DNA of 64,000 bases from Blastocystis sp. Blastoise (Eukaryota > Protista > Bigyra: Opalinata). Numbering within the stretch: the stretch's first letter is position 1; the number at the start of each line of letters is the position of its first letter. This document shows, in pieces, positions 1 through 14,768 of the stretch. Position numbers and translations under genes: made by a program. Where the stretch lies: assembly GCA_039096225.1 (NCBI GenBank), contig JBBPEB010000030.1, positions 620,001 to 684,000 of the forward strand. The letters run 5' to 3'. The notes under the pieces are model-generated. The model ran no database searches. It was not told where the DNA came from and worked only from the letters and a program-made list of their open reading frames with translations.

Positions 1-2076
1 ATGGCTAATAAATTGACTGAAAGTAAGAGATTTAGGTTTCTTGGAATCTTTTCCTTCAGTAAAAGGATTTTCAATAGCTTTTTTAACTTTGAAAGTTTGA
101 GTAGCAAATAATTTAGCACAATTCTTATCATGTGTAATCATAATATTATCAAAACCAATATTACTGTTCATAGCCCAAATTTCAAAAGCAATAGCACCAA
201 TAGGTTCAATTTCTTGAGGATTGGATAATACATAATAATCAGGGTTAGGGATTTCACGAGGAGCCCAAGGTCCTTTATAATCAGGATTAGGTATAGTAGG
301 AGCATGCCAAATACCCTTATATTTAGGATTTTTAATTTGAGGTCTTTCCCATTTTCCACAGCCATGTATTTCACATTCAGGATTAGGAATAGAAGGAGGT
401 TCAAAAGTACCATCAAGTTCTTCATCCCAATCTTCAGGTATAGAAACAGAAGGATCAGGAATCATTGTAGGACCTTCTTCTAACCAATCCTCAGGTTGAG
501 TAGCAGTAATATCTTCGATATATTCAGGTTCAGATTCATCCCAATCTTCAGGTTTAACAGCATCAGGATCAGCAATAACTGCATCATCAACCCAATTAGC
601 AGGCTTTACATCTTCAGGATCAGGAATAATCTATATATATATATATATATATATTAATAATAATATAAGAAATAGATATCAAAATAAAAATAGAGTATAA
701 AAGAACTATATTTTAATTTTTAAAAATGATATTATTTTCTTTAAATATAGCAATACTTGAATCTCCTTTATTTTATCTTAATAACAATATGTTATTAAAA
801 AATAAGAAGTTAGTATTATTGCAAGAAAGATGTGATTGAAATATATATATAAATTAATATATAAAAATATATTACAAATAATAACAATATATATATATAT
901 ATATATACTTTACTAGGATTAAAAGAAGGTATAAAATCTTTAGCGAAATCACCACTATAAACAGCTCTCTGATCAACTTGAATTTCAATACCTCCATTCT
1001 TACGAATAATAAGGGTATAAAGATGAGTTTTATCATCTAAAAAATAAGAAAGAGTTAGAAGTTTTTGTTATTTATTAATTATATATATAGATATATGCTA
1101 TATTATATTATATTATATTATATTATATTATATTATATTATATACCCACAACAACCTTAGGAGTATTTTGTAAGTGATGTTCAACCCATTTTTTAGATAC
1201 AGGATTATAATGTTGAACTATAACATGAACCTACAAATATATAATAAATATATAATAAATAGATAATAAATAAATAATAAATAGATAATAAATAGATAAT
1301 AAATATATAATAAATAGATAATAAATATATAATAAATAGATAATAAATATATAATAAATAAATAATAAATATATAATAAATATATAATAAATAGATAATA
1401 AATATATAATAAATAGATAATAAATAGATAATAAATATATAATAAATAGATAATAAATAGATAATAAATAGATAATAAATAGATAATAAATATAAATATA
1501 ATTTAAAAAAACATAAAAAATAAAACACATATCTACCTTATTTGTTTCACCACAAAAATCAGGGCCAAACATAATAGAGAAAGGAGAATTTTCTTTAAGT
1601 TCATAACCATTATCAATAGCTCCTTCACGTAATAATTTCATATAAGCACCACTACAAGTAACACCCTTTTGATATCTAACTTCATATTGAATAATAAGAT
1701 CCTTATTCTTATTTTCAATAGGTTTTTCTAATACAGTAGCAATACCATAACGTTGAGCTTCAGAAGTAGTAAATAATCCTTTATCACATTCAATAGAAGG
1801 TTTAGTTACACCATAACCATGACTCCATTGTTGACCAGAATACATATTATCTGAAGAATATACCCATTTACCAAGTTGACTAATATCTTCTTGGAAAGTT
1901 TCTAAGAATTCATAAGAACAAGTTAAAGTATCAGGTTCATAAGGTACACATTTATAAGTAGAGGCATCAAAGTCATTTTCATCAGTATAAATTTTTCCTT
2001 CACTTTCATGAGTTTGATCTTGAGCAAACACAAGTCCGATACAAAGGACTGCGACAATCAAAGTACAATACTTCAT
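1..2076 (-). CDS. CANX: Calnexin (ER lectin chaperone), spliced, 3' end runs off the window
   Basis: Signal peptide MKYCTLIVAVLCIGLVFA; motifs QYEVRYQKGVTCSGAYMKLL, IMFGPDFCG, KTHLYTLII and P-domain repeats (IPDPEDVKPANW, DPDAVKPEDWDE). Introns at about 1231-1536, 1037-1145 and 631-908 restore the frame. Confidence 0.93.
1240..1495. repeat. Intronic ~12-bp minisatellite (ATAATAAATAGA/ATAATAAATATA)n
   Basis: Tandem array seen directly inside calnexin intron 1; it generates the spurious YYLFIIYLLS ORF. Confidence 0.9.
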
Positions 2077-3624
2077 ATTCTTAATAATTAAAAAATGAAT
2101 AATTATATGAAATAATTACATTTCTTCTTTTTTTCTAGATTGTTAAAAAAAAATCTAACGGAAGTTCGACATTCTTTTCATGATTATTTTTTCTTTTAGA
2201 TTTCTTAAAATGTTTTTACACTCTCAAATCAACTTATAATTATGTTGTATTCATTGAGTATGATGTAAACCAAACAAAAATTAAAAGCATTTCAATTAAA
2301 AAAAAATAACAACACATCTAAAATGAATAATAAATGTCCATTCTTCTTCAATTTGAAGACCTAATTAACGAATTCATCTGGTGAATTACAATGGGACCTT
2401 TTCATTTGTGTTGTTACTTTAGCAAAACAAAAGTTGCACAAAAGGATTTGATTAGGAAACTACGACAACAACGAATCTATAGAAGAGAATGAATAATGTA
2501 TGCAATTTCTATCCAGCTATTCTAGAAAGAGAGCCGGTCAAACTAAAACAACACTTTAATTTAGCGAGCAAATGGAGGTGACAATAGTATGAATCTATAA
2601 CACCGCTGCAACCCGCAATAAAACAACAATTTGTGTTGATGTATATATATATATAAGACATACCTAAGACATGATTTAATAATTTATCCAACTCTAAGAA
2701 ATAAATAAATATGTCAAATAAAAGCCTTTCATTTATTTTTTGAGAATGTACAGTGATTATTGGATCGTTTATGATGACTGAACATCTTTTCTTTTTCTAT
2801 ATCATTTTCTTATATAGAATTATTATTATGTTTCACTGTGTTTTTAATTGAATTAGATGTGTGAGAAATGCTATATTTGATATAAACACTTTGTTTATAA
2901 ATGTTTCTTTCAAATCCAGTAAAGATATGGATTTTAATTTAAGAATTGTGAATAATTATTCATTTCAAATAGTATTCTGCGTTTTTTTAGTGTATTTCTC
3001 AATTTTAAGTGCTTGACTGATAAAATAAAGCATTTAAATACTATGGCAATTAATGAGAATGAGTTTTAATTGTTTTTTTTTTAAATTTCTTTCATATCTT
3101 TATGTAACGTTAATTTAATCTAATACAAATATTCTTTCAGTTATCTAGAGTTTGTTTAGATTCCGACAAAAGTATTTCTAATATTTTTTAGAATGAGAAA
3201 GCAAACTAATTGTTCTATATTATTCAAATTATCATCTATAAAGATATATCATGTTTCTCAACGTTGAATTAAATTAAAAAATAGATATATTTGAATAAAA
3301 ACTGTAACTATTACTAATAAAAATGATTAAAATTGCAAAAATATTCATTAAGAGGATTACCAACTAGGAGATATTCTTGATAAAGTATTTCATATATCGA
3401 TAAACTGGCTTGTAAAAGAGAATAATAATAAAATAAATATAATTTATTGTTTCGTGGGAAATACTTGACTTTGTTTGTGTGGAGAGTTATTTTATTGGAA
3501 AACTGGTTTTTTGTTCTTTTTTAAGTTTTCTCATTTTTTTATCAATTAAACTGCATTTAATAATCATATATAGCCCATAATCTTGATAAGAAAAGATAGG
3601 AGAATAAACTATTTCATTATAAGA

Positions 3625-4613
3625 ATGAATCCATTTGCATTCGTTGCATCATTACTCTATTTATTACTCTTTTGCATCATAGCATATGAAGTTGTATTTA
3701 TAATGCGAAAGAAAATCAAGATACTATCGTATTTTGCCACTATTCATTGTATAATAGCAGAAAATCTCTCTATAGGCTTTATATGGCTTTCCTAGTATTT
3801 TGTATGATATGGATTCCAATATGTTGTTGCTACTGCTTTTATGAATACATTGATTTTGGAGATCACGGAGCTATTGTAATGCAAACTGTCCCTATTCCAT
3901 TTCAAACAATGTCTTTCACTATCATGCTTTTATATTATGCTAATGTATAATCTATTATTTATCTTTATATATTATTGTATAGACGTTATATGAGAATTAC
4001 AACTTTATTCGATGCTCAATTATAGCCTTTTGGATTACTAGTAATATCTTCATTTTCTTGTTGTTTTTTGTATGTATCTAATTGAAACTAGTGATAGAAA
4101 TCTTAGTTATTGTATTTATATATGTATATAGGCAAAGATTGCTATACAATATACTTCAGAAAGTACTACGCAAGATATCTATATTGGGTATATATATATT
4201 TTTTATTATTTTTTGTTTTTTTTTTATTGTTTCTATTATTTTTATAACCATAAGAAAATTATATATATATATATATAGATATTGGTCTAATGTATGTTCT
4301 AGTGTTCTTATAGCTATTCTTGGAATTCTACAACTCATCTATGCGTATTTTTTAACCTTATTTTTTTTTTAATATTTATTTTTTTTAATTAAATTTTCAA
4401 CTATTTTTATAGTAATAAACTTAAATTTTTCATATAATTAAATATATATAGTGTAGTATTATATCAAGATAATTTAAAAACGAATGCTATTCCTTCTATT
4501 ATTCATTCCCATAGTGTCCAGTTATTAGGAGAATTATGCTATTCTATTCTAGTCACAGGAAGAGCCATGTATATTATTATTTATATTATTATTATTATTA
4601 TTAATATTATTTA

Positions 4614-4647
<34 letters not shown>

Positions 4648-5164
4648 TATATAATAATTTATATTATTATTTAATTATTTATTTAATAATTTATATTATT
4701 ATTTTATTCAAAGTGAATATATATATCTATATATAGTGTAGATTTATGTGTTAGTTTTCAGTTACTTGTTCCTTATTTACCTTGTGATTCATTACTGTCT
4801 CTAGGTATATATTTATATTATTTATTTATTATATTATTATTATTATTAATTTTGATTCATATATTTACATTTATTTCTACATAGCTCTTCTCTGTGGAAC
4901 ACAAATCCTTCCTTCGTGTATATTAATATGTATAGCTCATCAATTTGATTATGGACCGTACATATATATACCTATATATAGTTAATTATGGAATACATAC
5001 TATTCTAAACAATAAATAAACTATAAATAAACTATATATATATAGATCTTATACGACAGCTAATCGTGATATAGATAATCAAATAGGTAAATCGTTCTTA
5101 GAAGCTCTTCAAACATCCCTTAGTGACCACAGTGCAGAAACTACTAGTCGTATATATATATATA

Positions 5165-5199
<35 letters not shown>

Positions 5200-5409
5200 T
5201 ATTTATTAAATTTATTATATTACTTTTATTCTATTTTATGTATATATACTTATTATAATCATTACTTTATCCTTTCAAGTATTATTATATATATATTTCA
5301 TATAGCTCAGTTATTATTTGATTATGTATTTGAAAAAGATGATCGATATGAAGCGGATTCAATTGGAATCAGCCCGAAACCAAGTAATAGTAGACTTCAA
5401 AACAAATAA
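3625..5409 (+). CDS. Multi-pass membrane protein, GPR137/TOM1(THH1)-like, spliced
   Basis: Several hydrophobic exons; segments AFLVFCMIW, VPIPFQTMSFTIMLLYY and C-terminal LFDYVFEKDDRYEAD resemble GPR137 (recalled similarity). Stop TAA at 5407-5409. Internal exon boundaries only partly resolved. Confidence 0.55.
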
Positions 5410-6183
5410 TCATTTTCTTTATTTCTTATTATTCTCTTCTTTTTCATATATATATTTATTTTTCCTTTTTTTTTTTTATTATTTTCTCATTTTTTTCCCA
5501 TTTTCTTATTTTTAATATAATACAAATTTCTATTATTCTTTAATTAAACATTTTTCTTCGTATTATATCATTCTATTTCTCTTTCTTCAATAGTTTATGT
5601 GTTTCTTTTTGTTGTTCTCTTTTTTTTTTGTCTATGATTTCTCTGTATATATATATTATCTTCTTCTTTTTCTATTTGTCTTTTACTTTACTATCATAAA
5701 TCATACATTATTTATTTATTTGTATGCCATTAAACACATGTCTATTTCATTATAATTTGAACATTTGTTTTTTAATATTATTTATTTTCTCTATGTTTCA
5801 ATCTTCATTACACACATTTTTTTTTATTTGTGTCGCCATTATTTTTTTTTGTTTTTTTATTATTTTTTTTTATAAAGAATATTCATTTATTTATTGTTCA
5901 TGTAGTATCATAGAAACAGAATTCATGTAGAGTTTGCCAATTAATCATTTTTTCTTTAATATAGTAATTAATTTGTATGCTAGACTACTATACAATATGC
6001 ATTATCAGATCACCTGAATCATAAAGCAACCAAAGAAATATTATATTCCATTATTAGTAAGCCATAGATAATTATATAAAAATAAAATCAAAAATAATTT
6101 TATTTTGGTGGGATACTAATATATTCATATTTAGTTGCTTTATTTTATACCAAAGGCTATTTTAGATCGGCCAACATATATAT

Positions 6184-8895
6184 ATGAGTGTATCGTTTCA
6201 AAATATTCTCATTGCTGGTGTTAATGTTCAATTTCCAAAAGATAAAACTCCATTTGCATCTCAATATGCATTGATAGGAAAAGTAAATTTTCATAAAATA
6301 TATATTCGTATATAATATACAATAATTAGATTATCAATGCATATGAAAAAGGTCAGAATGCATTATTAGAATCTCCAACAGGTATATTCACCTATCTATA
6401 TGCTTAAGAATTATATAGGAACTGGTAAAACATTAGCAATCTTGACTTCTTCGTTAACATGGCTAAAAAAACGACTTGTTGATATCGAGAATGAGAAGGA
6501 TAAAGAGTTAAAAGATATAGACAATACTGAAAAGAGTGACGTTTCAGTCAGCTCAGATAGTGAAGAATCTGAGTCCGATACAGATGAGAAACCACCGTAT
6601 TTTTATTATTTTTTTTTATTTTTATTTTTATTAATAAATATAATTCATTTTAATCTTATTTGAATGATTTGTATAGTTCCCAAAACAAAGTAGAACCTCC
6701 AATAAAACGTCCTCGACCTCGAAATATCCCTCCAAAAATATCCTCCTCCTCTTCTTCTCGAGACAATATAATGATAGATCTCTCGTTTATTGAGAATACT
6801 CAAGAGGATATACATATTAATAAGAATCATGAATCCTCTACTAGTAGTATATCATAATTATTATATATAACTCAAATATAATGATTCTATTATTGCTATA
6901 TATACTCTTTATGTGTATTCTATTATTCATATATAGAGTATTTTCTATTATTATATAATTATTTTTATTCTATAGGCGATGAAGAAAGCAGTTATTCAGA
7001 AAGTAGTGCTGATTCTATGTATATTGTTTTATATATATATATTATTCATTTTTTTAATATTTATTTTTTTCTTTATATATATATTATTCTATTTTTTTTT
7101 TATTTACATTTATTTTCTTATATATATTTTCTCTCTATATATATATATAGTAATCATATTCATCAACAAAAAATAAAGGATGAAGGTATATATATATATT
7201 AATAGATATTCATGAATATATACATATATAATATACATATATAGATGTACCTATACGTAAGGAGAAGACGGAAATGATCCCGCGGTTATTTCTTACTTCA
7301 CGTACACATGCACAAATCAAGCAAATGATTGCAGAATTGAAACGAAATGATTATTTGATTCGAACAGATAACTATTGTCAACGTATATTATTATTATATA
7401 TTCTCATCATTTATTTCTGTTTTTTTTTTATTTATTATTGATATTAACTTTAAATTAATTTTGAATTTTGTATATATTATATATATATATATATTATTAT
7501 TCATTATATATATTTCATATATGTGTTTTATTTTATATAATTATGAAATTATATATATATAAATTTTCAGGAACTGTTATATCTCCACATAAACAGGAAT
7601 CTATTCTTTCTCCTCCTCTTCCTCTATCTCTTCATAATAAGAACAACTCTTTGTCTATCCCTCCTTCTCTCTCTTCTTTATATACACAATCGAATACTAG
7701 TATTACTGATAATAATATGAATAATAATATGAATAATAAAATGAATAATAATATGAATAATAATATGAATAATAATATGAATAATAATATGAATAATAAT
7801 ATGAATAATAATATGAATAATAATATGAATAATAATATGAATAATAATATGAATAATAATATGAATAATAATATGAATAATAATATGAATAATAATAATA
7901 ATATATCTCCATTACATACATCAATGCCTCCTTTACAGATACCAATATATAATGATGATACTAAAAGTAATAATAGTAAATCACATGCAATTGAGGATGA
8001 TTCAGACGATTTCGAAACACAATCTATTTCTAGATCTCTTCCAAAAACAAAAAGAAGTAAAATTAAACCAAATAAAACTTCAAGTATAAAATCTACTAAT
8101 TCTAATTCAAAAATATCCAAAGATAATTCAGTCAATTTAAAAGATAATTCAGTCAATTTAAAAGATACTTCAGTCGATACAGCAGATAATCGCGGGAATA
8201 CCTCTATTCCTGATATTGAAGATACTCCTGCATTTACTGTAAAGAATTCTTTTCGAATGACTGTATTAGCTAGTCGTGATAAGTATTGTATTAATACTAA
8301 TATGAGGAAAGAAGCGAAAGAGAATGGAATACCTATTGATATTCAATGTAAAAACTGCCTTGGAACAGGTATGAAGATGGATATATACTGTTTATTTTAT
8401 AATAGAATAATTGTTATTGTTATTATTATGTTTTATATAGTGTTTATGTAGATATATACATTTGTTATGATTCATGCATATTTATATATATATAGGTGAA
8501 TGTATATATTATAATAAGAGTAAGATAGACGATATAGCTATGCGAATTAAAGGTATTTGGAACATAGACGACCTCCGTGATGTTGGCCTTCAACAAACCG
8601 TCTGTCCTTATGTATATCAATCTATATATTATATTATATTATATTATATTATATTATATTATTTTTGTATATAATTGAATTTCTGTTACTGATTCTGTTT
8701 TTATTATTTATTAATATATATTTCTATATTAATAGAAATTATAATAATTATTATTAACCTATATATATATATATATATTTCCTTCTTCTTCAGTTTCTCA
8801 GTCAGACCCTCTTTGAGCAAGCCTATATAGTGTTCTGTCCCTATAATTATATACTAGACCCCATGATTCGAGAGAAAATGGCTATTGGAATTAAA

Positions 8896-8940
<45 letters not shown>

Positions 8941-9177
8941 GATTTCTTTTATTATTATATATACATACATTTATTATATAAATATTCTTATATATACATT
9001 AAGCATAAACATTATATACATATATAGAATTCATTAATTGTTATTGATGAAGCACACAATACTCAGAGCACGTGCAGAGATAGTGCGTCATTTGAATTTG
9101 AAGATCATCACGTACTTGCTGCAATTCAACGAATCAATCAAGCAATTGAATATATTAAACAAAATGAACTCAAACAA

Positions 9178-9210
<33 letters not shown>

Positions 9211-10647
9211 TATTATTATTATTATTATATAGCCTCCACTATTGAATATAGAGCAGATTCGTGATGTATATGGAAGTATATATAGATGGCTTCAAGAAGA
9301 AAGTGTTCATTTAACCATGAATAAAGATGAAAATGAGAAATATACAGTATATCAAGGTAACTATTCTCCTCTATAACTCTTTCTATTGTGTAGAATACTT
9401 CTATATATATATATAAATATATATAATACTAAGGATTATTCTATATTCTAGGTATGGAGTTATTATCTATATTAAAAGTTCATTTCTTAAGTGATGAGAA
9501 TACTCATAAGATATTACATACTAATGTTACTTCTATCTCTCAATATTGTAATCATCTCTGTCCTCTTCTTCAAGGATTAACTATACCCTATGAAGGAATG
9601 GAAATTGATATGCAAGATATACAAGGAATTAAGAAGGACGTCTATCTTTCTATACTCAAGAATCGTATATATATAAATTTATATGGAGTTCTATTTATAT
9701 AAAGTTTCATATATTCAATTGTATTGTATATAAAGTTATATATCTTCTAATTGAGATTTATAATTAAATTAATATTATTTTTATATATATGTATAAATTT
9801 ATTTGTGTTGTTTTCATTAATATATATATATATATATAGTGGATAATTCAATGGGAATAATTGGTCAGATTCTCTTAATATGTCATTATATATATAAAGA
9901 CGATAGTTTTAATAGTGTTGACTTTCGTCTAGTTATTGATAAAGTATATAGAAAGGACAATAATACATATAAAACTACTATGAATATGTATTGCTTAAAC
10001 AGTGCTGTTTTATTCAATGATTTATCAACTCAGGCACGATCTGTTGTTCTTACAAGCGGTATATATATATATATATATTGTTTTTATTATTTTATTTACT
10101 CTATATAAGTTAATATTTTATCATATATACTCTTTATTTAATCTCTTATTTTCATTTATTTTCTATTCTATGTTTCTTAGTTTATTTATTTGTTTTATAT
10201 TTTTTTTATTTTATATATATTTGTTTTTTTTAAGTATATCTCTATATTTCTCTCTCTCTCTCTTTATATATATATATTTCTTATAATATTTTTCTTCTTA
10301 TTCAGGTACACTCTCCCCTCTGTCCTCTTTTGAGTATGAATTAGGCTGTTCCTTTCCCTTCTCTCTAGAAGCACAACACTCTATAGATATACATAAACAA
10401 GTATATATACTATATAATATACTATTATCAAAGAAACATATATATATTTTTATTATTTTTAACTGTATATTCTTCCACTTTATTATAATTATACATATAA
10501 TCATATTCCTTATTTATTCTGTTCTTTTTCCTTGTATATATATAGTTATTTGCAGGATCGTTAAGTTCAGGACTAGATGGAGTTAATTTAAAGAATGTAT
10601 ATAATCGAATGGACTCAGATCTCTATGTTGTATATATATATATATAT

Positions 10648-10685
<38 letters not shown>

Positions 10686-11521
10686 GAATCTGTAGGCATG
10701 CTTGTTCTTCGATTACTTCCATTAATTCCCGCGGGAGTATTATTATTTTTTCCTTCCTATAGGTATATATACTAGATCTAAATGTCATATATAAAAGTAT
10801 TATTTATTATATATATATAGTGCTATGAATAAATTTGTTACGTTATGGGAAAAGAAAGGGATTATGCTGAAAATATCTGAAATAAAGCGAATTTTTATAG
10901 AGTCTCAAAATCAAAATAATCGTGATTTTTTGAGGTCAATGAACGATATACATATAAAGAAACATAGAAAACGACGGAAGAATAAAGATACGAATGGTGT
11001 TTTATATCAAGATAACCACGGGGAAATCTTATTATTAAGAGAAGACAAAAAGGAGGAGGAAGATGAAGAAGAAGGATATATGACTGAATTTGATAAACAA
11101 TTATTAAATTATTTAACTTTTCTTAAAGAACAAAGTATATATATATATAAATAATGGTATTATTCATTTTTCTGATTTATGTATTAATTCTTATTTCATT
11201 ATTTTATTAGATGAATGCCCGCCAACAGAGGGTCCTCATGGCGCCATTTTCTTCGCTGTATGTCGTGGTAAGATCAGTGAAGGCATTGATTTCGCGGATT
11301 ATGCTTGCCGGGCAGCTCTCGTGTTAGGCATTCCCTATAGTAATAGGAAGTATATATATAGTCATATATGCTAATTGTGATATATATATATATATATAGT
11401 AATAGTGATAAGTAATACTATATGTTTTATTTATATTTATATAGATCTATATCAGTTAGTTTAAAAATAGAATATGAAAATAAACAAAAACAATTATTAA
11501 ATACACCAGGGGGTGATTCTT

Positions 11522-11565
<44 letters not shown>

Positions 11566-14500
11566 TATGAAATGGATGCATTTCGTGCTTTAAATCAGTG
11601 TTTAGGTCGATGTATTCGTCATTCTAAAGATTGGGGGGCTATACTCCTTCTTGATTCTAGATTCGCCTATAAAACACAATTATTATCAAAGTATACTATT
11701 TATATCTATTTATATCTATTTATATCTATTTATATCTATTTATATCTATTTATATCTATTTATATCTATTTATATCTATTTCTTTTTTATTTCTTTTTTA
11801 TTTCTCTTTCATTATTTTTATTTTCTTTCTCTCTAATAAATATGTATAACAAATCATTTAGTTATGTATACTTATTAATATACACTCTATATTCTTCTTT
11901 ATAGATGGATTCGTCCATGTATTCAACATTATACAAATGCCTATTCTTATATATCAGATCTTTCTCTCTTCTATTCTAAGGTACAACAGTATATTAAAAC
12001 GATAAAAGACACTCCAGTATCATCATCAACAATTCATAAATTAACTATGAATACTCTTCCTTCAAAACCCACATTCCCGCGGGAATCATGTTCTATTCCT
12101 CCATCACTTTCAGGATTAAATCCTATACCTTGTCTTTATAATATATCTCCTTCTATTTCTACCCCTATTCAATCGATTATATCTTCTTCTTTTCCTATTA
12201 AAAATTCTTCATATAATAATAATAAAGAAGATAATAATAATAATAATAAAACATATAATAATAATGATAATAAAACATATAATAATAATGATAATCATTT
12301 AAATTCTAAGAATATATCTCTATCAGCAATAGTTCCTTCTTCTAGTCCTACAATACATTCTCTAGACAAACAACAAAATAAGATTCATACAAATGATCAA
12401 TCTATTCCTTCTTCACTAGTACATCTATCATCAGAATCTATCTCTTCTCCTACTTCATCTCTACCTTCCTCATTAGTATCTACCTATTATTGTACACATT
12501 GTGCATCAATTCTATTCACAGCTACTCCTTCTCTTGTTTGTATAAATTCTTTATATATATCCTTTCTAATCCAAACATTCTTTGATCCATCAGTTATATT
12601 ATATTCTGATATATACTTATATATGCTGCCATCAATTCCTACATCTCAGTCAATTCAGTTTCTTTCAGTCACAAATTCAGCTATGTCTCCTTCACATATA
12701 TATACTACACATTCTCCTTCCAATCCTATTTATTCTAAAGATATATATACATTACCTTCTTCTATACAACAAACATCCATTTTTACAACTTTTGTAGAAC
12801 AAGATAATTCTATGTATATATAGTTATATATATATTTTTTTATTTTTTATCTTTAGTTATCGACTTTATATATGTTCAAAATGTAATTGTATTATTGGTG
12901 TCAATCAAATTATTATATCTCCGTAAGTTATTATTTATTTTATTTACTATTTGAATAGATCACTCACAGAACATATTTTCTTCTTTCCTGAGCGTATATC
13001 AAAAGGTATATATATATTATCATAAATATATACCTATATATTATATATATATATCATCATAAACTTCTCCTTATATATATTGACTATAGATCCTAAAAGT
13101 AAATATAAGTTAACAAGTCCTAAGAAAGTTATTCCACAATCTTCTCAAGGTTGTTCATCTGACATTATGTGTAACTCATTATATACCTCAAACAATGTAT
13201 CTGTTATATGTGACACTAGTATATTAAGCAAAAATGATCAATCTACTATTAATAATAATAGTGATAATAGTATCTCACATAATACTTCGTCAACTGAGAA
13301 TACTGATAAATCACGGAATACGTCTCATGTATCAAATGACGATAAATTGCCTATCTCATCTATAACAAACAAGAATACTATATCACCTTATAATAAAACA
13401 TCAAATAACAACAATATATCAGAGACTATGAATATATCTAATAACTCCTCTATAGCAAACAATACAAGTATATCTCCTCATGTATCTATAGCATCTAATA
13501 CTACAGGTATACCTATAGATTGGCAGAGTATATCAAGTATCGACTCAAATCAATTTGAAGAACTTTCTATCAGTTCTGAAGAAGAAGAAGAAGAAAATAA
13601 TAATAATAATAAAGAAGATAATGATAATAAAGAAGATAATAATAATAAAAAAGATAATAATAATAAAAAAGATAATAATAATAATAAAGAAGATATTAAA
13701 GAAGATAATAATAATAAACAAGATATTAAAGAAGATAATAATAATAATAAACAAGATAATAATAATAAACAAGAAAATAATAATAATAAACAAGATAATA
13801 ATAAGCAAGATAATAATACTAAACAAGATAATAATAATACCCCTCCTACTACTATTCCTATACCTCCAAAACATGATATATCTAGTTCAACTACTCCTCT
13901 TCTTTCTCCTTCTTCTCCTCCTTCCTATTGCCTTAAGAATCTTATGAATGAGTTAGATTTCAGTTCAGATTCTTCTCCTTGTCCTCTCTCTATATCTCAA
14001 CATACTTCTACTAATGACTCCATAAGTATTCTAAATCAACAAAAAGAAATATCAACTAATATAAATACATTCAATAATAATACAACTTTAAAGCAAACTT
14101 CGAAAACAAATTCAATACCAAATACACATAAAAATGATAATAATTCTATTCAACCAGTAGCTCCTCCTGTATCCATTGCATCATTAATGTGTACTTCAGA
14201 TACTTGGTCTTTGCTTCATAAATTAGATAATTATACATATATAGATACTTCTACATCACTTCATTCTCCTTCGAAATTCGATATAATACATGATAATGTA
14301 TCTAAGAAAGACATTAATAATGAATTGAATACAATTGGGAAAAAGGATAGTATTAACAGTACATCAACAACTAAAGATGAACAAAATAACGATGTTAATC
14401 CTCCTACAAGAATAGAAAGTCTAAATAATAGTAATAATAATATTAAAAGTATTATTCCTGAAATAAGTAGTATAGAAAATAATAGCATTATTCAAAAGAA

Positions 14501-14768
14501 GAAAGATCAATGTAATGATAACAAAATACTGCCTACAGATTCTTCGATTGAATCAATACTGGAAACACATGCAATTCATTCTGTAAAGCGAAGTCAGTCT
14601 GAAATACAACTAGAATCAATTAATGAAACAATAGAGAATAAAGAACATAGTATAAAGCGAAACAAACTACAAACACCAAAATCTTCTACTATTATTAATA
14701 CCTCTAAAAATAAACAAATTAAAAAAAGTAATTCCAAATTAAATAGAGTAGTCATTGATGAGTTTTAA
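6184..14768 (+). CDS. BRIP1: FANCJ/BRIP1-like Fe-S cluster DEAH helicase (XPD/Rad3 family), many introns
   Basis: [21 protein letters not shown] (Walker A), [18 protein letters not shown] with Fe-S cysteines (..CKNC..ECIYY..VCPY), [75 protein letters not shown]. The last motif fits FANCJ better than RTEL1. Long low-complexity C-terminal tail. Confidence 0.88.
7710..7901 (+). repeat. Coding 12-bp repeat (ATGAATAATAAT)n encoding (MNNN)n
   Basis: About 15 tandem copies, in frame in a FANCJ exon. Confidence 0.9.
11523..11564 (+). other. 42-nt intron consisting only of GT(AT)19AG
   Basis: Removal restores [16 protein letters not shown], the conserved FANCJ G..WY...AYRA.NQ motif. Confidence 0.85.
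11698..11781. repeat. Intronic 10-bp tandem repeat (TATATCTATT)x8
   Basis: Seen directly in a FANCJ intron. Confidence 0.9.

Noticed and set aside
241-250. AGGGTTAGGG telomere-like 10-mer as a possible telomerase RNA template
   Set aside because: It encodes IPNPD in the calnexin P-domain. No credible telomerase RNA was seen near TERT.
2330-2660. Slightly GC-richer intergenic patch with small hairpins and a 60-aa ORF
   Set aside because: No recognisable RNA family motif, TSD/TIR or protein similarity by eye; unsupported.
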